This document shows positions 11,619-24,837 of a stretch of 64,000 nucleotides of DNA, piece after piece. Position 1 is the first letter of the stretch; every line of letters begins with the position of its first letter. The stretch comes from Octopus sinensis (lineage: Eukaryota): contig NW_021835988.1 of assembly GCF_006345805.1 (NCBI RefSeq), forward strand, positions 310,001 through 374,000. The letters run 5' to 3'. The notes below the pieces were generated by a model. It was not told where the DNA came from. It worked only from the letters and a program-made list of their open reading frames with translations, and searched no databases. The position numbers and the translations under genes are program-made.

Positions 11619-14600
11619 CAGCGCAATCAGAAGAATTTGCGTAAAAATATTAACTATTTACTTGAGTTTTTCGTAAAGATAGAATTTATTTTCGGTATGC
11701 CTCTTTTCCTAAACTTTTTTATTATTCAAAAATAATTTTTTAAATAGATAACCGAAGGAGGAAAAACGAAGCTGAAGAAAAAACGGTCAGCTTAATAAGG
11801 TAATTAATTAAATCTTTTTTGTGTGTCGCTTTCTTGCCTGCCGCATTTCCGCCTGCCGCATCTCCCCCTGCCCCATTTCCGCCAGTAAAAAATAAAAAAA
11901 GAAAAAAAAGGAAATTACAAAGGAAAAATGAAAAAATTAAATATAAAAAAAATAAACCACAAAAAATGAAAAAAAAAGTTTGCAATGACAATAAACAAGG
12001 CCCAGGGACAGTCATTAAAGGTAGTTGGGTTATTTTTAGAGAGTGAGTGTTTTTCACATGGACAGCTGTATGTGGGATGTTCGAGGGTAGGCAGAAGAGA
12101 AAATTTATTCATATATGCCAAGGAAGGACGGACGACAAACATCGTTTATCAACAGGCGATAGAATAGGGTTACATTAAACCAGGTAGTTTTATACATCTA
12201 CATAAACTTATAGTTGTTTGATGAAACAGGCCCTCCGCAGGAGCTAGGTCGCGGTGAGCGAAGCGAGCTGCCGAGCTAGTTATTATATAAAACTACAGAA
12301 GGATAGTGTTTTTGGACAACAGATGAGAGCTTTTTGACTTTAAAATTTAGGACCTTCCATGGGTTCACATCTTCAGATTTAGCCTCAATCTTATAGTAGC
12401 AATTTGTATCAGGATTAAAAAAGTTTTACGGTTTTTTAAATAGAGTACTTCAATCAATGTCAAAATATGTGTCGGAAACTTTTCTGGTAGTGTTATACAG
12501 CAGTGCTCTGTACAAATGAAGAGGTTGTACGCCATCAAATAATTAGTAACCAACTCAGACATACTATGGACCAGACATAAATATTCCACCCCTGTCAATA
12601 AAATGTGAATTTATTTAATAACGTGCATTAAATTTTATTAGTTTTATTAATAAATTAGATATTTAAAAAAGGGACTTTCCCACGTTTACATTCTTCACAC
12701 ACTGAAGAATAATTTTGTTATACTCCTCATAAAATCGTGTATATCGACTTGATGAAAAATCAAGAGGATTGAAATCCCTCTGACTCCTTTCCGAAATTGG
12801 CCGTCCTGTCTCATCAGAATAGAACCTCACGCCCAAATCAAGCGAGTTTCTATTTATCCGTTCATGAATTGACATGAATAGTGGAATTTACACAATATAA
12901 TCCAAAAAAGAAATCTAAACTGTTTTAACCTTCTACCTCATATCGTTTGTTTGGAGGCATAACTTTGAGCAAATACTTCTGTTCAGACACCGTCAACCCC
13001 CCGCGAGCAATTCTATTCTCAAAAAGGACGCCGTGATTTAATTATGGTTGTACAATTCCGTCGTATATCAGTAGAAAAGCGAATAGTACAAATTCATTTT
13101 ACGCTCAATGTCGTACAGTCGGCACAACTAGATAAAATCTCGGCAGTAAGCGCTAGTTTGTGAATTTATGACTTCCTCATTCCATTTGTATCACTCGTTC
13201 GACCAAGGCCGCCAGGACTGTGAATTTCCTGAAACAGATTTCGCTCGAGTCCAATTTTTATAACCTGCCCATTTTGGATAGCAGACAACCTTCATGGCGT
13301 ATTTTTTTGTTCCAACTCGAGATTGACGAAAAGATTTTTTTATGACAAACATGGCAGTCTACACTCAACACAACCTCGGGCATTAATTCCCGTCAATCAC
13401 TGATTTCTTTGAAAAATTTTATGAAAGAAATCCTTTCGCGATTCGTTCGATCTTTGTCAAGTCTACCAGCTTGTAATGAGTCGTATTGTCATGTCTTCTG
13501 TGGATAACACCAAAGTGACCTCTCTCGAACGAGAAGATACGTTCTTACAAGTCTTCAGAGACACTTCTGACCAGGCAGTTGTCCTCGACTTCCGGAAATT
13601 CAACGTGATCGTTGCATTTTGTTCACTGAAAATCAAATTGAGTATTACTGATATCCAAAAAATTTGTTGGAGTTGAGCAATTCGTTTATTGGCCTGTCTT
13701 CGATGCTCTCGTTCTGAAATGAATATTTAATAAAAGACCGAAAAAGTTACATCCATATTGAAATACATTTATTTGAATTAATTTTCACAATTAATTTTTT
13801 TGAAACGTTTATTATCTCAATATTGTTATCCAAGGCCAACAACTCACGGAGGACCTTCTTCTGCTCTCCAATATTCACATAATTGTCGTACTCTTTTGCT
13901 GTCATGATCATCTCCTTTTTAACCAACTAAACATCTTTTGGGAATTCTACACTCTTCCAGATTTGGTCCTCACGGTTATTGTCACCAGTTTTTTCATCGA
14001 CTTCTTGTGAATATTTTTTTTAGCTTTCTTTCAGTTTATGTGATGCGTTTTTGCTTTCAATTTAAGATTTTTCATCTGAGGCAAGTAGATTTCGTTTTTT
14101 CATAATGTTCTCGATTGTTAATTTTCCTTCTTCTAGTGCCTTTGATTCCTCTTTGGTCAATGACAACTTTTTTTTGATAAGTCGACCACTTTTTTCCGAG
14201 TAGTTGCTGTGTTGAGGACCTTTTGATATAAAAATTGCTGTTTTATGACTTTCCTTTGATTTTACTGTTTTTTCTTGTTTTCAGTCGATTAACTTGCGTT
14301 TTGCTCAAAAATGTTTTTTCCTCATAATCTCCTCTAACGTGACCTTCCCTTCATCCAGTGCTTTAGCCTCTTGTTCAGTCAAAAAAATCTTTTTCTGAAC
14401 GATCTTTTCACTTTTTGTGCGGACTGTGGCAGTGACCGAATGCTGCATTTTATCCTAAACGTATTTAATCTGGATTGAATTTCTTTTAAAAAGGTTTAGC
14501 CTTCCAGGCTTTGAGTTTCGCATCTTTGCTAATTTCACCACGTTTTTTTAAAAACATCCTCGAGATTTAGAGTCTCACTTTAGATAGCTTCGTACTCCTC

Positions 14601-15087
14601 CTTGTTCAGATAATGTCTTTCTCAAACAAACGGCTACTTTTTGTTCTGATGAGGGTTTTTATAACCGTTGGTTCCTCCTCATATTAATTAATGATGTCCC
14701 TTTCATATTACTTGCCAGACAAATCAATTATTTTACGTTAATGTATTCCGTCAAGCATTTTTTTGTAATCTGACATATCCCGGGCCAAAGATACGTTGCT
14801 AAGATGATTGAATTATTTAATTCTTCAGAAACAACATACAGTCAACCCTTGTTAATCCGAACTTCAATAATCCGAATTTTTTTAATTGAAATTATAAATG
14901 TTCTAGCTTTTTCCTGCCAAATTTGATTCAATGCTCCGAAAATTCAATAATCCGCAATCCGAACGCTAGAATTAATAGAATTTCGGATTAATTGACCGAG
15001 AGGTTATACTAAATGTGGATGAAACAGGACCTTTTTTCAAGCATTTCCTACAATAACGATTTTATTAAGTAAAGAAAAGGCGTAAAA

Positions 15088-17210
15088 CAGGCCTGGCCAA
15101 CCCAAATCGCATCGCGGGCCACTTTGTCCAAATGAATCCTTTCCGCGGGCCGCATATACATGTACATACTAAGGATAGATATCAAAACAACACAGATAAG
15201 ATTTTATTTAGTAAAATAGCATTCAGTCCAATTATACGTATCAATGAGAAATCTGTTTTTCTTTATCTTCACTTAATTTTTTCAAATCAACTTCACAATT
15301 ACTAGTTGCACATCTTAATTGGTTTTCTAAGTTTTTATCTGTTAAAGAAGATCTATATCTACTTTTACTAAACTTTAATTTCGAAAAGAATGATTCACAT
15401 ACGTAAGTAGATCCAAAGGAGCTTACAACTCTTTGTGCAAAAATTCTTAAGTTGGGATATTTTTCTGCAGTCACATATTTGTTATAAAAGTCAATTTTGG
15501 ATATAGTAGGATAAACAAGTCTTAGTTCACTGTTGCACTGTAGGTCAATTATTTCCGTCTGCAACGTATTTGAAACAATAGAAACGTCAACATGAAATGG
15601 AGAAGAAAATGTTTCAAACATTTTCTCATATTTTTTTAGTTCCGAGAATCGACTGTCAAATGCTGCAGCAAGATTTTTTATTTCATCAGCGTACTTGAAG
15701 AAATTTTTACAATGGCTGATTTTAAATTGATTTAGCGTTGGAAAATGTTGATCATTTCCATTTCTTATTTGACATTCAAACAATGACAATTTCATTCGAA
15801 ATGCTTTGACTTGATGGCATGCATTAGTAATCAAATTATCCTGTCCTTGTAACTCCTTGTTTAATTGATTAATTTTTTCGGTTATATCTACCAAAAGCAC
15901 AGATCTAGCATCCATTCTTCATCATTTAATTCAGTTAATGTCATTTTCTTATGCATCATAAAACTTTTGATTTCTTCTCTCAAGTCGAAAAAACGTTTTA
16001 AACATTTTCCGCGACTCAGCCATCTGACATTGGAAAAATACACAAGATCACCATAGTGAGAATATAACTCGTTCAATAATTCTTTAAACTGGCGATGTTG
16101 AAGTGCATGAGAACGAATGAAGTTTATAGTTCTTACAACCACACTCATAACATGGTTCATAGACAACACTTGCGCGCACAAATTGTGTTGATGTATCAAG
16201 CAGTGTATTACAAATAAATCATTTTTTATGCTTCTTGACTCCATCTCATCCATTATTAGCTTTACAACTCCTTTATTTCTTCCAATCATAGCCGGCGCCC
16301 CATCTGTTGTCAATCCAGCAAGGGTCTCTAAATTCGCTCCATTGTCGGATAAACATTTCATAACAGCTTGGAAAATATCTTCGCCCTTTGTAGTATCTTT
16401 CAAACTGACAAGGTTAAGCATTTCTTGTTTCACTTGAAAAGATTCGGTAACTCCACGAATATATACTACAAGTTGAGACGTGTCTGATATATCCGTGCAT
16501 TCGTCAAAGGCCAAAGAATAACTTTTGAAATATTTTATTTGATCACGCAAAGTCACCACAATTTCATTTGAAATGTCATTAACCCTGCGACATATGGTTT
16601 GACGTGACAAGCTAATGTTTGAAAACTTTTTAGTTTTATCTGGCAAAATGTCTTTCACGACAGCATCCAAACACTCTTTTACGAATTCTCCATCCGAAAA
16701 TGATTTCATTCTCTTTGAAATTATCATTGCAACAGAGTAGCTTGCTTTAACAGTATCAGAAGAAGAGTGTATCGATGAATTTAATAGTCTTTGCTGATTT
16801 CTCAATTCAGATTTAAGCGAATCCAGTTTCCTTGTTTTCAATTCCTTACTAAATTTCGCGTATTCGGAATGCTTTGTTTCATAATGTCTTCTTACATTGT
16901 ACTCTTTCACCACCGATACTTTCTCCTTGCAAATTAAACATGTTGGCTTGGAATTATGCATTATAAAAAAGTAATCTTCTTCCCAATGATTGCTGAATTG
17001 CCTGTTTTCTTCAAAATTTTCCTTTTCTTCATATTGATAACAGCTACAAAAATAGATAAACTTTAAAATTTATTAAACTTATAAAATTTATCTTTATTTA
17101 TTAAACTTAAGAAAAATTTATCTTGAATGTATTTATAGGTTAACTACATACAAAATTTCTCTCGCGGGCCGCACCAAACTCCATCGCGGGCCTTGGGTTG
17201 GCCAGCCCTG
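15088..17210 (-). mobile_element. Full-length hAT transposon (SPIN/GTF2IRD2-like)
   Basis: TIRs CAGGCCTGGCCAACCCAA and CAGGGCTGGCCAACCCAA; 8-bp TSD GCGTAAAA at 15080-15087 and 17211-17218. Confidence 0.95.
15241..17032 (-). CDS. hAT transposase with two 1-bp frameshifts
   Basis: CLIC...RHYETKH; SLAFDECTD; TTDGAPAM; HCLIH; VRWLSRG; GSTYVCESFFS. ATG at 17032. Both shifts fall in T runs, near 17015 and 15893. Confidence 0.85.
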
Positions 17211-18199
17211 GCGTAAAACAATCTAAAGTTCGAATAACTGTTGCTTTATGTTTTAATGAACTGGATCAATTAAAATGACAACTTTTGTTATTGAGCACAG
17301 CAAGAAATCAAAAAATTTTATTTACTTCTTTATGAGGCGCCAGGTCACATTTTGAAGAACAATTTTTCAAACATTGAAGTTATAAACTTCCAAAGAACTC
17401 AACTGCTCATCTTCAATCAATGGATGCAGGAATAATAAAAAAATCTAAAACATCATTACAGAAAAAAATTAGTGGTTGATTATATGAACTCGCTTGATTG
17501 ATTATCATTGGGCTTTTTTGTTAATCTTAGACATGCAATATTGTTATTTCACAAAACTTGGTAAGTGTGAAACAAGAAACTATCAGTAATTGTGTCAAAA
17601 AATTGGAATTGACAGAGAGGAAGGATGTCTTTTGAAAGAAAACTACATGTTACTGTGGTTGTTCACAGATGCATGTCTAGGGGGACCCGGAGAAACAAAT
17701 TTGAATCGTTTTGTTGTCAGAGCTTTCCCGGATCCAATAACTGAATCAATATCATTTTGGAAAAACATGTAGGACAATACAAGTGACAATGTGATCAGGG
17801 AAGCGTGTTGCATTGCCTTGTCAGTTGAATACGGTGTAGTCAACAATACATCATTTAGAAATCTCATAGAGTCACCTCAGTCATTGAATATCAGAAAGAA
17901 TACAGACATTGATGAAATAATTAAGAAAATGATCAAGCTGCAAATGAAAAACGACGGGAGGCATTATAGCGAGAATGCAATATCCGAATTCAAATTGTCA
18001 TCAAATCAAGTTCTTGTTCGAATTGCTTTTCACAAGAAATCCCAAGGGAAAGTCGATTTGAATTTTTCGTACTAACGAGGGTCATTCATTAGTCGACGAT
18101 GCATTTCGTTTTTCTTTTGTTAATTTCTGATGCCGAAATTATATGAAATCAAGCATTTTCCACCTGAGAAACCACTTTTCCGTCCTCAAGATCCTTCAC

Positions 18200-18535
18200 A
18201 CGTTAAGATGTCCAATTTTTTCACCTCCCGAGTTCCAATAGAGCTTCAGGGAGAGTCGTTCGTATGGAGACTGCTTGTGGAAGGTGTCCACTGAGATGAA
18301 GTGCGCCCTCCAGAAGAAAGAGTGTGGTATGTTGGTTAGTCTTGACATTGAAAAGGCCTTCGACTGGGTGTGGCACGACGGCATCCGGAGCTCGCTCGCC
18401 ACATGGGGGTTTCTCCGTATCTAAGGCGCCTGGCTGTCAGGGTTCCTTGAATCTCGCGGACAGGTCGTGCGGCATCAGGGGGTCTTTTCTAAAATCACAA
18501 CAGTCCTTCGCGGGGTCCCTCAGGGAATGTGGTGA
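18200..18535 (+). mobile_element. LINE reverse transcriptase fragment
   Basis: LDIEKAFDWVWHDG...GVPQG. Confidence 0.8.
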
Positions 18536-18579
18536 GTCCCACGCTTTTTAATGTCCTTATGGCTTCTGCGCCCATGCCA

Positions 18580-19290
18580 GTCAATGCTCGTACTGAAAAC
18601 GATCATAAAAAAGCGAATGTGGAATAATGACATTCCAATTTTTAAAATTGGAGACAAAGTTATTAGAAGAGTACATGTAGACAACAATAAGAAAACACGT
18701 AAAGGCGCTTTAAATGAACATTTGAACGTTGAAATTTATCGTATTATTGAAATATTACCCAATGGAATGATTTCTATTGAAGGAAATGACAATAGTATTA
18801 TTCACAAAAACGGGAGAAATTTAGCCAAGCTGGAATAATACAGAAATCAATCCAGAGATCGAACTAAAATATTCAAAATGGATATTTAAAGTAACAGAAG
18901 ATCGTTGTGTAATAATAAAATCATCCGACAAAGGAGCGGAAAAAATGGTTAAGCAAAAAAAATAGGCTAACGATGTTGATATGAAGTTGGTATGAAAGTA
19001 GTACAAAAAGTCTTTATGGATTCCAATATATACACACTAAAAGAGAGAATCTGAACGAACACATCGACGTAAACATCTTGAAGTTGTGGAAGGAAGAGAA
19101 GCTGCCAATAAATTAGAAGAAATTTTTATGGATCACAGCCCTTGTAAATACGTGCAATCAGACAATGGTACGGAATTCGAGAATGACCATATAAGAAAAC
19201 TCCGTCAAGAGTACAAAATTGTTTAAATTCATGGACGACCCAACAATTCCCAGAGTCAGGGGATAGTTGAAAGATTTAATCAGATAATCA
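18580..19290 (+). mobile_element. Ginger-like integrase fragments
   Basis: FKIGDKVIRRVHVDNNKKTRK...LAKLE, homologous to 63720-63944; QSDNGTEF and SQGIVERFNQ at 19150-19285. Confidence 0.7.
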
Positions 19291-19995
19291 CATTGGTTTG
19301 TGTCTACGCATTGGGATCGAGATTTGGCAGTCACATCAGTGCAGATGCGGTAAAATCATTGACAGGAGAAGCCTACACCCCCTCTCTTGTCGCCTCAGTG
19401 CCGGTTGAATACCCAGGCATGCTGTCTTGAATAATATTGTTAAGCGCGCGCTCAACGCCGCTGAATTCCCTTCTGTCCCGGGGCCGGTTGGATTAGACCA
19501 GCGGTTCTCAAATGCAGCCCCCAGGATTTTTAAATTCAATTATTCATTCTTAAGGTTAATTCAGCGTGGAAATTAAGGATGCGCCTGCAAAGTTTCAACT
19601 AGAACTCATTAATTTACAACATGATATAGAACTGGCGGCATTGTTCAAAAATGCGTCCATTATTAATTTTTACGAATTAATTCCTCAAGACAAATTCAAA
19701 AAATATAACACACAATGCATATATGAATTTTCTTGATGAAAATGATATTGAAGATGCAAAATTGTTCAGGGAAAATGACTTAATTGTCAAATTTGCATAT
19801 TCATCGTACAAGAAGAGTGCTGGCAGAATTCCTCGCCACACTCACCTCAATGACGTCATCAAAAAGGCACTAGAGTCGGCAGGTTTCCCCTCCACTCTAG
19901 AGCCAGTCGGTCTCGGTCGGAGTGCAGGAAAGCGTCCTGGATGACTACCTTCCCTTCCAGGAAAGGCAAGTCCCTGATTTGGGATGCAACTTGTG
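19290..19995 (+). mobile_element. Two CRE endonuclease fragments separated by a hAT end (19500-19700)
   Basis: CRCGK...HPLSC and SAGRIPRH...GKRPG...WDATC; cagcggttctcaaatgc end shared with 50082. Confidence 0.65.
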
Positions 19996-20029
19996 TTGTT
20001 GTGCTTTTGGTTGTTGATTCTTATTTCAT

Positions 20030-20426
20030 TCTTTTTTATATTAATGTAAATCATGATCCGATTCTATATCAACCTGCATCAAAGGGAAAAAATATATCGT
20101 TGTGTTCAATAATATCCATAATGGGAATAGAACTTTCTAAAATAATTGATGGTGCAACACAATTATTTTTACTGAGTTGTACAAAAGGAATTTTCACTGA
20201 TGATTATGTGATAATTTTAGATAATGTTAAATTTCATCATTCTTCAAATGTTGTTAATTTTTTCGAAACACATAGTGTTGAGTATTTGTTTTTACCTCCT
20301 TATTCACCTGACTTAAATCCTATCGAAAATGTATTTGGGACAATAAAGGCGAATACGTCCAAGAGCTATGAATCAGAAGGCTTTAAAAGAAAACTTAAAA
20401 GATGTTATACAATCGCTTTCTTCTAA
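20030..20426 (+). mobile_element. IS630/Tc1-superfamily DDE fragment
   Basis: ILDNVKFH...FLPPYSPDLNPIENVF. Confidence 0.75.
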
Positions 20427-20519
20427 TTAAATGTCTACCGAGTACTACCGGTCATTTTGGAATAGAGTGAATGCGATTATTAACAGAATTAATTAACATT
20501 TGTTTTTTAAATAATTATT

Positions 20520-20650
20520 TATAATATACGATATACTTATGAAATAAGAGGATATTTATATGAAATTATACGATATATTTATGGAATAAGAGGATATATT
20601 TATGAAATTAGAAAATATATTAATGAAATTAGAGGATATATTAATGAAAT
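20520..20650 (+). repeat. Degenerate ~21-bp minisatellite
   Basis: About six units of gatatatttatgaaatta/ag. Confidence 0.75.
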
Positions 20651-20689
20651 ACCCTGTAAAGAAACAAAGACATATTTAATCTCTAAAAT

Positions 20690-21085
20690 AGTAAAGAAAA
20701 ATTAATAATTTCAGATGACAAAAAACTAAAAAGATCAAAATAAGCAATAAAATAGTGGAAAAAATAATTTACTTTAAAAAAATGCATTGAATGAAGATTA
20801 ATTAATCGATAAAATAAATACAAATTCACTTGCAAAATAAACTTCATCCATGATATTTTACCAGTAGTCAATTTAATTAATCTTCAAACAAATAAAAAAA
20901 TAGAATAAAAATAAAACATTTATAAACAAAAGAATGAAATAAGAATTAACAACCAAAACCACAAAACAAGAAAAGAAAATAACGTGCTTAACATGTTATA
21001 ATTTATTGTAATTAATTCGATAAATTTAAAACTTTAAAAAATTAAATAAATAACATTTAATATTGTGAGTCTGTTTGAATTCAGC
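20690..21085. repeat. Dispersed AT-rich repeat, copy 3
   Basis: Same core as copies 1 and 2. Confidence 0.85.
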
Positions 21086-21144
21086 TAGGAACAAAAATTC
21101 AGGTGGTTTACATTAATGAAGACGTACAGAGTACCAACATACTA

Positions 21145-22703
21145 CAGTATAACCTCCATTTGGGGCATCAATTTTGAAAAATTGCCCCAAAAATAGAGGT
21201 TTCCCCAAAAATGGAGGTCTGAAATTTTCTTTATTTTTATAAAAATTTTAATAGTTTTAGCATATTTTTCATTAATTTATAAATAAATAAAGTATTTTTA
21301 AGAACATTTAAACATGTTTTCCACTAATTTTATTGATAATTAGAGTATTTTTCAAGTAGAAAAAAATTTTTATTCTATTACACGAAAATAATCTGTTATT
21401 TTGTTTCCTGTTGCAGATTTCTTCATATGTATGCCCAATATTTTTCTAAAATTGTAATAGTCTTTTAACGCATCGGGAAACAAACGGTGAATATTCTCTT
21501 CAAGGTTATTCATTGCTGTTATCGTGTCCAAGTGTGAACAGTTGCATTCAGTTTGGTCATATATTGACTCATCATTATTTTCTTCTTCATTTTCAGCAAT
21601 TACGTCTGCAATTATCGTGTCCAAATTTTCTTTCTCACTGTTAACTAAAAAATTTGAACTAGGAATCTGTTGCCGACAGTTATTAATTGTTTCCCAACAA
21701 TTCGTTATTGTTTCAGGATTTAAATTTTGCCATGTTTTTCCAACAATTATTATGACATGACGAAGATTTATTTTTTTTAAATTAACAATTTGTAACTCAA
21801 CGTCCTCAAAATAAAGAGTAAAATCCAATAAAGCGTTAAGATAATTGGACTTGAAAGATTTAATAATACCCATGTCTAACGGTTGAATTAATGAGGTTGT
21901 ATTTTTTGGGAGAAAAAACAATTCAATGTTGGAAAGATGAATATATTTGTGACAGCTTGGGTTATCAAGTAACAAAACAATTTTTCTCTTTTGCGTAATC
22001 ATTTGTTCATTTGTAATGGTGAGCCATGTAATAAATATTTCTGATGTCATCCAACTGTTTTTAGATGATGAATATGAAACTCCATGTTCTTCAGGGTTAA
22101 AGTTTTTCATACAACGTGGGGATTTATATTTTCCTACTAACAATGGCTTGACCGGACACAGGAATAAATTCTTCCCTTGTCTTGGTGAAAGCCTCAAAAA
22201 CAATTTTATCCAATTTTTGGGATAAAGTATGAGGAGAGCGTTGAATATTTCTGGGAAAATCTGTTTGAACAGCCCCAGTATTAAAAAAATTGAGATAATT
22301 TTTTTTAATACGTGACACAGCGCCTAAAAACTTACATTAATAAAAAACCTTTACTAATTTTGTACTTATCTACAATATCTCGTTCAGTAAGATGTTTATT
22401 TTCACTTAATTCCTTGACAATTTTGATCTTTAACTCAAGACTAAGCTTACGAGCCATAACAACAAGAATACAAAAATTACACGAGGCTTCCAAATGAAAT
22501 TTTATATAATTAATTTTATTTTTAATAGCAAATATGTATATAAATTAAAAATCCTGTGCCCCACTTAGAGGTTCCGGTAATTTCTAAATTTGGAAATTAC
22601 CGCATAAAAATTATATCCTTTTCAAACTACCCCAAAAATAGAGGTTTCCCCAAAAATAGAGGTTCCCCAAGCCAGAGGTCTGCCCCAAATGGAGGTTATA
22701 CTG
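21145..22703 (-). mobile_element. pogo/Tigger element, internally deleted transposase with a 25-nt intron (22324-22348)
   Basis: TIR CAGTATAACCTCCATTTGGGGCA at both ends with TA flanks; ATG at 22457; spliced HTH YKISK|GAVSRIKK; DDE region LLLDNPSCH and IQPLDMGII. Confidence 0.9.
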
Positions 22704-23467
22704 TAATAAGTAACACATATCCTATTTATTGAAACTCTTTTTTGGACGACACAGATAATAAATACAATTTTAAAATCATTTAATTAATGACTTTAATTAA
22801 CTATGAATAAAGAAATCTAAATAATTTACAATTCAAAAAATATAAATTTTGTTAGCATTATATTTACTAGTACCGAATAGCAAAGAAAAAAAAATCTAAT
22901 CTTAATAAAGATGTCCATATTAGGTTTTATGAACCACCGGGCGAAGTAATTGTCGTCCAGGAAGGAGTTTTGGGTATCTAATATATTTTTCCAAAATAAA
23001 ACAAACAAATAAAATAAAATTTTCTATCTACTTTTGAAAAAATGACAGAATCTTTTACCATATGGAGTGAATCAAAAAAAATTGTTTAAGTTTGTAAAAC
23101 ACATAAGCGAAAATTATTTACAAGTCTTTTATCTATGAGAAGATGATTGTAATCAAAAAAGTTGCCAAAATTTGTCATTAACCACTCATATGTATTATTA
23201 AACTCATATGTATTACTAAATCAAACAGCAGATCATCAGTAATTGAATACTAAGAACAAGACCAGATACAAAAACTTCCCAGAAATACAGAATGCAACAA
23301 TATTCCAAAAATATGTCATTTAAGTAGAGTCAGAGAATATTTGAAAAGATAATTGCATCGTAACTGCACGAACTAAATGATTGGTTACTGTGAAGTTATA
23401 AAATAAGAGAAACTTACTAATCATACATTTTACGGAACCTGAGACGTCTTTAATGAATGCAAAAATA

Positions 23468-23720
23468 CTTTTTTTTTTTTTTTTTAACGCTAATTAAGTT
23501 AATTTATACAAACAAGACAAAATTACAGATAGCTAAGTTAGTTAAAGGCCTCACGAGACACCCGACCAGCCGCGCGAATGGCGAAGACGTTCCCTCGGAT
23601 CACAGCAATCGACAGACGTTCCAGGAGCCAAGAAAACTCTCTTGGATCGTGACTAGTCCTTGAAATCCGTCGACCGAGCGAGCGAAGGAAGCGGAGTGTC
23701 TTGGGACCGAAGATCCCGGA
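23468..23720 (-). mobile_element. CRE 3' end with poly(A)
   Basis: WLLERLSIAVIRGN; T run at about 23468-23485 on the plus strand. Confidence 0.8.
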
Positions 23721-24837
23721 GGACTTTAAGATTATCTTAATTGTAATAAAAAATATAAACCCGTTTTCAAATAGTTTAAATCTATATAGACGGTTGTTTA
23801 TTCTCAATATAAGATGAAAACATTTTTAATTTTTTAAGAAAATGTCTAATAAGAAAATTTGTGTGATCAAGATTTTTCATTAAGGAAATTAAACATTCTA
23901 AAAATACGATAAAAAGGAGAACTACTCAATATATACCATTTTCAGTTCAAGTTTGACAATTTTTATCGCTAAATTTCCATAAATATCAATGGTCTGACTG
24001 CTTTAATCTATCAAAGTCGATTATGATTAAATAAAAAATCATTATTTTGTTTGATAATTTTATTTTACTGTCTGACGTCAAATCCAATAGGATTCACATT
24101 ATAAACCACTTTGGATAGGTTGACCTTCCGAGGATGTAACAGGACAGTTTAGATTATATGATTATTGACAGTTATCTAGTTTTGATAAAGATTATCATTT
24201 TGTCGCCTATATAAAATAATTTTAATCTTTTTTTGAACAATTTGATATTTTTTGGATTTTCTACACGACCATATTTTTGCATATTTTCATACTTATTAAA
24301 ATTTTATGTCTGAAGAATGAGCCTTTTTTATTGTAATTAACCAAATTATTTTAGTTTTGGTAAATTGTCGACAGATATGTTTTGGATTTCAATACAAGAT
24401 TAAACGAACTTTCACTTATCTTGTCGACATTAAATGAAATAAGAGAAACAAATTTTTGTCTTGTAGTTAAAGTCTGAATATGTTTGTTGCAAATTTATCC
24501 CTGTCTGGAAATTTTGCGAACACAGAAACATGCACAAGTGTCTCATTAGTTATCATAATTATTTTTTGTATTTTTTAAGTTTCTTGAATATTTTAATTTA
24601 AAAACATTTCTAATTAATATAGTTTTGAGTACCGCGAGCACAAAAAGGCTGGCAAATGCGAATGTTTGAAGATAAATGGTTATTATACTGTCATAACCCT
24701 AAAGAAATAGTAATGACACTTTTTTATATTAAGATCAAATCGTGCTCCAATTACAGTAATTTTACATATTAAATCAAACTTATTATTATGTACACTGTGT
24801 ATTATTTTATCACGTTTTAACGAATAGTTATATTTAA

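Larger units (their letters stand above)
10098..12279 (+). mobile_element. Non-autonomous Helitron (~2.2 kb)
   Basis: A|TC 5' end at 10098; CTAG|T 3' end at 12276-12280 preceded by a GC-rich hairpin containing GCGAAGC; PIF1-type helicase C-terminus TINKAQGQSL...FSHGQLYVGCSRV at 11985-12167. Confidence 0.88.
14839..17600 (+). mobile_element. pogo-like remnants split by the hAT insertion
   Basis: TA|CAGTCAACCC end at 14839; VDETGPFFK before and KQSKVRITVAL after the hAT element; LQSMDAGIIK near 17410. Confidence 0.6.

Noticed and set aside
23800-24560. Another Ginger-like N-terminal remnant on the minus strand
   Set aside because: Too decayed to support; only vague similarity across several frameshifts.
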